A stretch of DNA of 63,433 nucleotides, filler included, from Nemertoderma westbladi (taxonomy: Eukaryota; Animalia; Xenacoelomorpha), in assembly GCA_032718475.1 (NCBI GenBank). It is 3 parts of 3 records of this genome, joined end to end, with 100 filler letters (N's around TTAATTAATTAA, not from the genome) between each part and the next. Parts side by side here need not be neighbours in the genome. Positions count along the whole stretch, not along the records: positions 26,482 to 55,286 come from JAUCBJ010003421.1; positions 55,387 to 63,433 come from JAUCBJ010005922.1; 1 more part is not named here. One strand, given 5' to 3'. The notes under the pieces are model-generated. The model searched no databases and had not been told where the DNA came from. It saw nothing but the letters and a program-made list of their open reading frames with translations. Position 1 is the first letter of the stretch. The number at the start of each line of letters is the position of its first letter. Below, one piece after another: positions 52,724-63,433 of the stretch. Made by a program: the position numbers and the translations under genes.

Positions 52724-55286
52724 ATGTCTGCCACCAGTGAATACCCCGGCAATTATGCCTGTATTTATTTCAAGTTGGATAAATCGTTCGACGTTCGCCC
52801 AGTAACTGATTTACATCAGCAATCTTTAAACGTAAATGGAGAATATCAATATGTTCCCATGGAAGGACATCTAAACTCAGTTGAACTAATGATATATTAG
52901 ACAAATGGATTATATACTCACTACCGAATGAGATTAGGGAATAAGAGGAAGTGGTACCAAATTACAGCGGTATTCAATGTCAGCAAGGGTAAGTTTATTC
53001 TTTCATTAGGCCTAATTATACAATTCAACTATATTATTCAATTCAATTCAATTTAATTTATTTCATTTTAATTATTAATTAACAATAAAATCTCGGGTCG
53101 TAACTATAGAATTTGTATATTTATTTCCAATTAAATCCAATTTATATTTTTTATTGTAATTAATTTAATAAATAATAAGATTTAATAAAATGTAATTTAA
53201 TGTAATCAACTGTACTTAAAACATTAATATATTTGCCGTAGCAGCTAAGCAGAAAACAGCAGCCTATCACTCTCCCAACATACTTACACAGAAAATATCC
53301 CCCTTCGTAGTTGTACAGTAGGCCTACATACATACAATGTAAATATCGTCTGTCTTGCCGCTTTCCTATTGGAGGTATACTTTAACCTCATTAAAATGAC
53401 CTACTTAATTTTACATGTTTGGTCTAAAAAATTTAAAAGAATACATTGAGCCGATAATTATTCAATTTTCATTCAATAATTATTATTTTTCCTTACAGAT
53501 TACAAAGAAATAGAATTAATTGCATCACAAAAGAGTGCGCAATTGACGGAGCTGAGCCTATTTGATGTGGGGGATGATGATGAGAGTGACGTAGTTTCAG
53601 AATCAATTGGACAATCACCATCGCCAGTGACGCAGATTGAACCAGAGATTTCTGGTCGGCACAGCGTGGAACTACAGGGCCCTTCTTCTACTACTACTCA
53701 GTACGATGCGCTACAAACTATTAATTTACAGGAGCTAATTAACGCGTCAGCAAGACTTAAGGAGTTAGGCGAAGCCCACAAGAAGCTCCAGGACAAGTTA
53801 AAAAAGAAAAAGAGGGCGTTTTCGGAGCTCTATAATGAGCACGAAAAATTGAAGATCACACACAGTTCTTGTAGGAAACTTGAAGAAGTGTCTACATTTC
53901 TACAAGAACTTGTGCGCAAAGCGCCAGCCAATGCTGTTGTTGTCGAAAAAGTTGTCCAACCACAACAGACTCAAACTCAACCATTATCCCCACAGTTTTC
54001 TGTTGCGCCATCAGATTCTGGATCGGTTAAAGTTCACCGCGATTGGGATGTTTATATACTCAAAGAAAACCTTCGTAAGTAAATTGTCGCCTATATTATT
54101 CGAAAATTGATAATATTATTAAAGTATTTATATAACATGATGTTCATTATTGTATAATACTGTATATGCCAAACTTAACAAAGATTTAAACTTTTAGCTG
54201 CGCTTGTTAATTACAATACAAACATAAAGTTAAATTATCACTGAATGAGAAACAGAAACAACGGAGGTAACCCAAAGACCAGTTTTATCTGTAACTTTAG
54301 GGCAGGGAGGGCGCACTCCATAAACATTGCTTGGCTAAACATTCCACGGCACCGCTGGGTATGATAACCCACGAGAAAGTCTTCTTGTTTATAGAGACTC
54401 TAATCGCATAAAGCATTATCACCCGCAGTGTGAAGTTACATTACAGCAATGAATCCCAGTTCCACCTTGAGGCCCACAAAGTAATTTCCAGTTTCGAATA
54501 AAAATACGTGTTATTACAAGTAAAATGCATTCTCCCGAATATTGAATTGTAGCCTCCATACTTCCTTTCTATACTACATTAATTCGGATAGGTGAAGCGA
54601 ACATTTTTACTGTTTTACTCCTTCTTCCCTGTCCAAATCTTTTGCCGTAGTTAATACTTGTTACTTTTTGCATAGGAAATGTTCCAGAACATGTTAACTA
54701 TTTATTTTGAAAAAAATAATGTTCTGGAACAAATATTTTTTGTTCTAGAATATTTTTTAGAAAAAATCTGGATTCTATTTAAAACGCATGGAATCGTTCT
54801 AAAACGTGTTTAAAATCAATAAAAAAATTGTGTAAAAAAATTTTGAAATTTTTTGAATGGATGAACATTATTTTTTTCTAATTAAGCCTATATAAATTAG
54901 GCCTATATATTTTTTGGATAATCTAAATATTTTGATCTCAATATAAATAATTTCGGAAGAAAATATGTATTTTTATAGTGCCAAAATATGTTATACAACA
55001 TAAATTTAGTGCAGAAAGTATTTATCTTGCTCTGGGTAGGAACTAATTAGCATTGTATAGAGCAATAAGCGACCCCCCCCCCCCCCCGAAGGATTCAATT
55101 AACGATACATTTCACGGTGGCAATAAATATAGGGCTAAGTGTTAAATATATAAACTATTTTTAAATGTTGCAGATACGTACTGCGCTAGTGCCAGAACTG
55201 GTACATCATTTGCAAGACGCCTCATGTGCTGTATATACACAGATGAAGCATTGATGTCGTGCTCAGTTGGGGGTCAAGAAGCCAGA
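52724..55286 (+). CDS. CACTA accessory gene: coiled coil plus BEN-like domain, 3' end lost in gap; possibly a pseudogene
   Basis: Exons 52724-52988, 53499-54074, 55174-55286 join in phase 1 at GTAAGT/CAG sites; exon 3 reads FARRLMCCIYTDEALMSCSVGG. In-frame TAG at 52898-52900 in exon 1. Confidence 0.65.
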
Positions 55287-55386
55287 NNNNNNNNNNNNNN
55301 NNNNNNNNNNNNNNNNNNNNNNNNNNNNNNTTAATTAATTAANNNNNNNNNNNNNNNNNNNNNNNNNNNNNNNNNNNNNNNNNNNN
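55287..55386. other. Assembly gap with artificial TTAATTAATTAA linker
   Basis: 100-bp N run with central linker. Confidence 0.97.
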
Positions 55387-56532
55387 GGAGTAAATCACAA
55401 TAGAAGAATGCAAACATTCGGCGTTAGATGGTGCTGTGCTATCAACCTCCTCTATTGACAATATTCCTTTCCTCCAGGCAGAGAGAATGCTCTTGAAGGC
55501 CTCGGTAGGCAGTTCTGTGTAAATTCCAGGGTAGAGTTTCTCAGAATGTCCCCCATAGTGTCTGTTAGACCACACCCTCCAGACACCAGTAACTACAATC
55601 GCCGTGATCGTGTCTTCCTTGAGGTCTAATACTTCCCTTCCGCTTCTATAGTAGTAAGGATGGCTGTGCTGATCTTTTGAATCTTTATTGAGGATAACAA
55701 CGCCGTCCGAAGGGAGAGCCACGACGTGACAGAAATAATCCCCAGTTATAGCGCATCCGGTATCGAATGCGGGGTCCAACTTGGATCGGGGTCTAGGGTA
55801 GTCGCCGGGATGCAGCGTGGTCCAGAACCCGCCGTTATTGGCGATCAACCAACTTCCGCAGACCACTCGGATAGATTTGTAAAAGAAACTAACACGATCG
55901 TGCGAGGTGAATGAAAGTGTTATCGACTCCCCTTGAAACATCTCATCTTTGTAAAAAGTAATAGCCGGTGTGCCGCAAGCTAAAGTTATTCCATCATCGT
56001 AACGCGTGCCTTCATTTGAGCTGATATTAAATGACTTTACCAACTCTTCTAAGTCCTGCATTCCAGCTTCCAACTTCTTGTCAATTGTCAGAATGTAATC
56101 ACCCTTCGCGTTCAAGTGATCCGCGATTTCCTTCAGATGGCTATTACTCTGGATTTGGTTGGAGTCGAAGGAGTATTTCGTCCAGATTTGTAAGCCAATC
56201 ACAATGAAGAGAAGCACTATGAAAGCCACTCGTATTATCGTTATTTTCTTTCTAGGTCGTTCATTAAAGTCTGTTCGAGGTGTTGGGGCGGATATGGCTC
56301 CTACGTTCGCATATGTTCCCACAGTGCACCCATAAGTTCCAGCCGTGTTTATAGAAGTTTCATTCACATAAGGTGGAGGATTTCGTGATTGCTCTATAAT
56401 ATCGTCTGGGTTTTCGTAGTGGTTAATATCATCTTGTAGGTCACCCCCGGCGTTATCAATGCCAATGCGACTAGTGGATGAAGCGTCGGGAGTACTTATT
56501 TTGTTGATGTAATCCGTGGAGGTCATCTCCAT
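55387..56532 (-). CDS. Type II membrane protein with beta/gamma-crystallin-like domains; C-terminus truncated by gap
   Basis: Basic RPRKK followed by hydrophobic IIRVAFIVLLFIVIGLQIW, helical stalk, then ITFYKDEMFQGE...SIRVVCGSWLI...LHPGDYP and VTGVWRVWSNRHYGG...LYPGIY. First ATG at 56532; the ORF track stop is the linker. Confidence 0.75.
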
Positions 56533-57329
56533 TTTATACAATTTTCTACACAATTAGTACTCTGAAATATACTTAACTCTGTGATATCAACTTTATGCGG
56601 TTTTAATAGCTGTGGGGCGAGCCACGAAGTCTAGATGAGCCTTTGTATAGCGGTAGAATAGTGAACAGTCCATCGGCTTTGTTGCCGTTGGAAATCAATC
56701 ATTAATGAAATGGAACAAACTTCCCTACAAATGTATCAAAAGTTTAGCAATTCTGGCGTCGACCGCTAGGCGGTGAATGGCCAGGTCCACTACTTATTGT
56801 ACCGCTATGCTTCATCTAGAGTTCGTGGTGCGAGAAGTCCCCATGTACATTGTACGTGTTTACTGCTGATTGTTATGCTGCACTACTATTGGTGGACTGC
56901 ACTTATTTTTGCTATTTTGTATGATTATTAAATAAAATTTAAATTCTCTATTTTCAAACAACGATTTACTATTAAGTAAAAGCACTAGCAACCATAGTTA
57001 TCGCCATAGTCAGAGATGGAATACACTGTATCTTAATATTCGAACAACAATAAAATAAAAATATTAAAATAAATGATTATGATAAAATACGCAAATTATT
57101 TTCTAATAATAATGCAGTGCAGAGGAATATCAGCCGAAACATAATATTTCTTCTATTAGACATTATTTAATATTACTGACCTTTAAATTAGATTTATAAT
57201 ATAATTAATTAAATTTGGCAACAGTTGATTTCCACGCGTGACTTCTACTTTTATACTGTATCTTAACACGTTGGCCTACAGTAGACCAATTATACTGTAC
57301 GTGCGGATCCTGAATATAACACCCCCCCC

Positions 57330-57374
<45 letters not shown>

Positions 57375-57609
57375 TATATTAAATAGTAATCTCTCTATAT
57401 ACTGTAGGCATGCATACTGTACCTGTAGGTCAGTATACCCACCCAATGTAATATCAGCTAAGTTTCAAACGACAGTAGTTTGTGAAGAAGGTGAAAATAA
57501 ATTGTCCAGATAAGATATCGGATTGTTTTCTTATCTCAATGCGACTATTCAATGTCATCGTAACATTTAAAACCTTATTTCATGACTTTGGAGGGGGGGG
57601 GGGGGGGGT

Positions 57610-57641
<32 letters not shown>

Positions 57642-59080
57642 ATTATTATTTATTTAATGGTGATATGTAATGGAATATAATATTAATATATTTATTTATA
57701 AATGTGAACTTTTATAACTTTTCCCTAGTTAGTGTTTTAGTTTAGGCGTTTTAGTAGTTGAAAGCACTCTTTGAAATATCATGTAATTTCCTTGATATTG
57801 TCCGTCGTAGGCATGCTGTTGTTTCTTTTAAACGCGTTTTTGAATTCGATGGAATGAATATAAATTGGAACTAAACATCTCTAACTTTAATTATTCGATG
57901 AACCTCGAAAATTTTAAATATCTATGAAATATTTATAAGCGATGAACAGGACCAATTTGTTAGCCCGTACAAAATTCAAACAACAATAGAAGACAGTCTT
58001 TGCGCGGCGTATGACCCACCCTGTGTGGGAGACTGAATTCTATCAGCATGAAAAGTAGGTTAATTTGTATCGTTCGATTGATCTCTACTATATACTGTAA
58101 TCTCCAAAAATACGTTCAGTTTCAGGGTAGTATCAACAGTTCCTTTCATATGCTGCGCTTTAAATACCGACAGAGGTATGACTTACAATAATTACAACGG
58201 CTTCTTTAATCGAGCCACTATGATTTACATTCTTTAGGGATGTACAGTAGTATTATGTACTCGCACTCACTCCACTGAGAATAATACGGAAACACGCTGA
58301 TTTGCTACTATTACCAATTTTGTTCATGTATAAGGAGAAGTTTAGCTCACTTACGTTGGTGTTATGAAATAGTATAAATACAGTACCATACCACTGTAAT
58401 TTGAGCCAAATCGTTACTCGTACTTCCCTTCTGCTTACCTCTCCATAATAAGAAAGTTATTGTAGTTGAGATTATCGGTTCCCCTATGTACTGTACGTAT
58501 TCTCCAAATATAAACATCCAGCAATTTTTTTTCTATCGAAACCAATCCTCATTTTATTTACAATGGTTAAAAAACTTTCAAACGAACAATAGGATATGAC
58601 ATCGATATACACACGGATAAAATAAACCCACCACCAGCTGGCTTGCCAATAGATAGTTTAAATATATATATTTTACGGTTCCACCTCCGCATTCGCCATC
58701 ACGATGGCTGCCTCAGCCCAAGTCACTTTGATTGACCGCCTGGCTGCAGAGCGGCACCCACGTAAAGATAAACATCCAGCAATAATACTACCAAACAACA
58801 ATGAACAACAGTACAAAATAGTAAAATAACAGCGGTGGTGGTAGTTAATTAAGAAAGAAAGAACGAGGCAACAAAGAAACCAGGGTTCAGTTTTTGTGTG
58901 ATTTCGTCAACAGAGTCATATACCAAAAGTAAACGCAACAACGCATAAGTTTATATTTTCTCAACTACCTTGAGATTTTGTTGCGTTTAGAGTAGTTCGC
59001 GTATTGCCCAAAAGATACATTTTTGCCGCAAAAGCTTTTACAGCTTTAATAGTTACTGTTATGTAGTTGGTTCGGTTTAA

Positions 59081-59112
<32 letters not shown>

Positions 59113-60262
59113 ATCATCCCCAAAATCTGGACCATAAAATTGGGTGAAAATTATTTTTTCTTCTACTAAAGATCGTCATCGTAAACATTGTCTGAGAATA
59201 ACCAAACCAAATATTTTTAAAATTGGTCCCAAAATGGTTCCGTAATGGCCAAAAGTGCTTTTTTGCGCCAAGGGCTATTTCTCCACCAATATTTGTTGAA
59301 AATTGTCGAAATTTGGATTATAGGTTCAGAAGAACCCTGCATCCAATTTTTCTTAACTAATTTTGCCTCAAATGCTCTGGAGCCTTTTTAGAACAAAAAG
59401 GCCCCAAAAAGGGCTTTTTTTGGGCCTTTTTGATATAAAAAGGCTCCAGGGCATTTCCAACCAAATTTGTTCAGAAGAAGTATGGAGAAGGGTATTCTTA
59501 ACAAGTGTACCAAATTTCAACTCATTTCAGATAAAATTGGCGGAGAAATAGTTTCTTTCATGAAAAAACGTCATTCTGAGATATTATAATATTTTGTTGG
59601 GCACAGCTTTTGCAAAGTCGGTAATGACGTCCAGGTGGGATCGTACTGGTGACCTCCGAGTTGGAAGTCTGACGGTCTAACCATTCAGCTAGCGGCTCAG
59701 GTAAAAGATAGACCTGGAAATACTATCTGATACCTCGTACTGTATGTCCATAATTTACCTCTGGCCTCCCAACTGTCAATACCATCATATGCTGCCACTG
59801 TACTCAACCCTACCGTACTTGGCCGTCTTTAACCACTCGCTACAAAGATTCTGATTCTGAGATATGGATGTTTAAAGTTTAAGGAACAATATAAACCTTC
59901 CCGCTATTTTAGATAATTCAAATTTTCTATGTTCATCAATAACTTTGTCAAAAATGAATGAAATTCAACGAAAATTTTCATACTTGCTAAACAGATAACT
60001 ATTAAAACAACGTTTTAGCAATTTTATTCATTTCTGTACCGTGAGAGCCATTTATATGAAAAGTGCCCCGCACAATTGTAAAATATAGTGATGCTCGAAG
60101 GATTTACAAAAATCAGGCTAGCTCTTAAGTTTTGGGTAATAACTTGAGTTTGAAAAAAGATATGAGAAAACTGCTTGCAGATTTGAAATCTCCATTAAAT
60201 TTGGCACATGATAGAATAAATAAACTTTTTTGTCAATTTCCAAAATCCCCCCCCCCCCCCCC
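59081..60262. mobile_element. Possible Kolobok-like non-autonomous element(s)
   Basis: TTAA-G(n) ... C(n)-TTAA ends; TIR match does not extend beyond the homopolymers. Confidence 0.35.
59625..59698 (-). other. Degenerate tRNA-like / SINE head
   Basis: GCTAGCTGAATGGTTAGA A-box region, decayed B-box GTACGATCCC; acceptor stem does not pair. Confidence 0.45.
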
Positions 60263-60639
60263 TTAAACAACTTTATCCTTCAGCTGCCGTTACAGCAGCA
60301 TGGAGTGAGGGAGGGGATGGGGTTAGTTATCAGCTATTAACATTCTTCATCATTATTCTAAACTACTGTAGTCAACCTGTTACCAGTACAATACGTTGTA
60401 ATGATAACACAATATGTTCAGTGTTGCTAAGATACCGCCAAGACCTGAATTCTGGTGGATGGAATTAAATTCGCATGATCTCATTCTGTCATGGCATTCC
60501 TCAAATTCATTCACGTTGATCTCGAACGCAAAGTTTACTGTTAACGATAAAAATTCTTTCACAATTCTCAGATAGGATGATTAGTGAGAAGGAGCACATT
60601 ATCCAACAATTACACCCCACAATTAACTCTATTTTACAC

Positions 60640-61532
60640 GAGGTGGGGTCAATATGACCCCCCATGCATTTTTTGTCTCTGTGACTCTGTGACTCTGAAA
60701 CAAACGCAGTTGGGAATAAGACATTTTATGACTTTTCCAAAACATCTATTGTCATACTAATATTGTCTTCCGTTTTTTAAAAAATATTTGGAAAATTTTA
60801 CAGTTGGCCTAGCACCATTTGTTAACCCTACTGTAGGCTACTTTTGGCACTATTTTTGAGACTTTTTGAAAATTACTTTTCATGAAATATGATTTGTGTA
60901 CGCAATTCGACTGAATACATTAAAATGTGCTAAAAATTTTAAACTTGTTTTTTGTCGGGTGCCAAAATTTGTTGCTAGCACCAAACTTTGATCATCAAAA
61001 ATATATTTCAATATTGTAAATTGATTGTGTGAACCAGTTCTTTGCATATTAGGGTTATTTGGTGTCCTGAATTCGATGGAATATTTACGAATTGCACCAG
61101 ACACATTGGACCAGGTATTTTTCGATGCTGTATTTAATGGTGACAGCACCAATTTTTGAAAATATGGATCAATAGATAAATATCATCTTGTCCTCTTGGG
61201 TTATATGGTTTATGAGGGTACTGAATCTGATGGAATAAAATAAAAGCAACACTGAACATCTCAAACTTGTACTTTTCGGAAGTGGGTGCGAAATTTAGTA
61301 CTAGCACCAATAATTATCATTTGACGCCGAATACGAGTTATACTTATCTACAGTCCCTATCTCATTTTGAATATCATTTCTCAAACTGGGTTTCATTTCA
61401 CATACCTTTTACTAATGATAGTTAATGGAGAATTTCAGGAAGTAAAGGCAGGTAAGAGTTGAAAAATAAGAAAGACGAGGCCAGCTCATGAAATAGAAAT
61501 GTATTCCATTAGAATCAGCGCCACAGAAAACC
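60640..61532 (+). mobile_element. Decayed copy of the piggyBac-like element at 20087-21648
   Basis: Shared ggggtcaatatgacccccc, gaaacaaacgcagttggga, tagaaatgtattccattagaatcagcgcc. Confidence 0.8.
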
Positions 61533-61988
61533 TAAGCATGGTATAAGTAAAGTACATGTTTGGGTTTCTGTTCAAAATATACAGTGCTGGTTAGCCTACA
61601 TATAGAACTAAAACTGCCATTTAGTATCCGGATAATTTTTAAACAATAGATTCCGGTGTCATTGGTGAGAGTTCCTTCTCCCTGACCCACAGTGACCTCC
61701 AGTTTACCTTCCATGTACTTGTGGTCGATGGTCTCAATGTTCCACTCCTGCCCCGTTGTACTCCCCCGTTGTTCTGCACTAATCTCTCCACACGAGATCC
61801 TCATTACCCCCAAGGCCAGCGATCCAGTGGCACTACAGTCATGCAGGTTCAGTCATGATCCCGTGGCCCACTGACGAGCTCTTCCTTGTCACCATTGCCG
61901 CCTCGTCTGTCCATGGACTGGGTGCCGTTCTCTACACCAAACATTCCCAGGAATTGCTTCTCGCCAGGTTTACTCCTGTCAACTTAAT

Positions 61989-63433
61989 TTACAAAAGGAA
62001 CAGTAACGGTGATAGAACGCCTCCCTGAGGTACGCCGCAAGTTAAGGGCAGTAGTGGTGATGAGTGGCCAGATATGGAGACAAATTGAAATCTAGAAGTC
62101 AGAAAACTTGATATAAGATCCAAAGGAGATCCTCGGATACCGTAACATTCTAACTTGTTTAATAAAATTTTATGATTAATGGTATCGAATGCCTTTTTGA
62201 GATCTATATAGATGGTACAGGTTGAATTTTTTTCTTCAAGGGCTTGATGGATTCTTTCTGTAACTGAGAGTAAAGCATGCGATGTCGAGGTTTTTGGGCG
62301 AAATCCGTATTGGCACGTAGAGAGGATTGAATATTTAGTAAGGTAAGAGTGAAGCTGTGAGTTAATTAATTGCTCAAAAATTTTACTTAACACTGGTAAG
62401 AGGGAGATAGGCCGATAATTATTTGGGTCTTTTGGATTGTCAGATTTAAAAACAGGAATAATTTTTGCTATTTTAAGGGCGCTAGGGAAAAAACCATGAG
62501 TAATCGACAGATTAATTATGTAGTTTAGATGGATAGAGAGAGGCTTAGCTGCAAGTTGAATTAGTTTAATTGGGAGCGAGTCATTTGTGGCGGACTTAGG
62601 ATTCAATTGAAGAATCAAGTATTCTATTTCAACAGGAGAAATCTCTGTAAGAACAAAGGAGTTAGGGCGGAGGTTGAATCGTGGAATATTACGAAGAGGT
62701 GAACGACTTGATAATGGAATTTGTTTATCTAATTTTGGTCCTACTGTAGCAAAATGACTATTAAAAATAGTGGCAATTTTAGTGGGGTCCGTAATAACTT
62801 CTACAGAATTATCTGTTTTTATTGTTAATTGATTTGGGATATTTGATTTCTTATTTCTATGTAGAGCGGAATTTATAATTACCCAGGTTTTTTTAATATT
62901 ATTTCTATTTTCTTCAAATTTTATTTGATAGTAGTTTTTTTCCACGACACGCAAGGTAGAAGTTAATTTGTTACGGTATTTTTTATAGATGTCATGATTA
63001 ACTTCAGTTGGAGATTTTAAGTAATTGCGGTATAGTTTATTTTTCTGGAGAGTACAAGTTATAAGAGAATCTGTCATCCATGGCTTGTCGGGAATTTTTC
63101 GTTGAGACGTTATAATTTTTGTTGGGACGTGTTTATGACAAATTCTCTCGAGATCTTTATAAAAAACATTAAATTTTTCAAAATTGTCAACGTTTTTATC
63201 TGTATAAGACCAGTTGGATGTGAGTTTGACATCGTGAAGAAAGTTAGTTGTGTTAAATTTTTAAAAATCAAATGCACTATGTTGATCGGGTTTTTTTAAA
63301 TAGCAGGAATAATTTTGTAGACAGATGAAGGTTGGTTGATGGTCTGATGTACCGATTTTTACTTTAAATGTTCCGGATGTTGATACGCAAGAAGTAATAT
63401 TTGTAAGTATGTGGTCGATAATAGATTCAGTTC
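61989..63433 (-). pseudogene. L2/CR1/Crack-group LINE ORF2 fragment (end of APE to RT motif 4), 3'-truncated
   Basis: IDHILTN, SDHQP, KPWMT, NYRPISLLPVLSKIFE, QYGFR, DLKKAFDTINH, GVPQGGVLSPLLFL, then stop; no YADD. Confidence 0.92.

Larger units (their letters stand above)
44585..55286. mobile_element. CACTA/EnSpm DNA transposon (other end lost in the gap)
   Basis: Putative CCC terminus with atatggg-type subterminal repeats at 44585-44820, transposase on minus strand, divergent BEN-domain gene. Left boundary is an inference. Confidence 0.75.

Noticed and set aside
59625-59698. Functional tRNA gene (also 21865-21927 and 51950-52012)
   Set aside because: A/B boxes present but stems do not pair; better explained as SINE heads.

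Overview
AT-rich eukaryotic DNA, apparently from an invertebrate animal (spliceosomal introns, non-LTR retrotransposons, SINEs, MITEs, satellites). Two 100-bp N gaps contain an artificial TTAATTAATTAA linker. Most of the window is nested transposable elements and tandem repeats. Two host-type genes are visible: an intronless ARPC1 (Arp2/3 p41) and an intronless type II membrane protein with beta/gamma-crystallin domains and a tail carrying four YxN motifs. The most unusual feature is an APE-type LINE at the left end (minus strand). Its open 1195-aa ORF1 joins an N-terminal Cys-rich module, a Ser-Pro repeat and an apparently catalytically complete Ulp1/SENP-like C48 protease to a normal coiled-coil plus RRM-like ORF1 end. 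Its ORF2 overlaps ORF1 in the +1 frame with no ATG before the first endonuclease motif. Also present: a CACTA/EnSpm element with a spliced transposase (broken by a TTAA MITE) and a divergent BEN-domain gene; an RTE element with a 106-bp flanking duplication and a deleted RT core; a fragmented Proto2-like LINE; a tRNA-SINE with an internal minisatellite; a tandem array of heat-shock-element-like units; and an 8-kb 59-bp satellite. All family calls are from motif recognition by eye; no searches were run.
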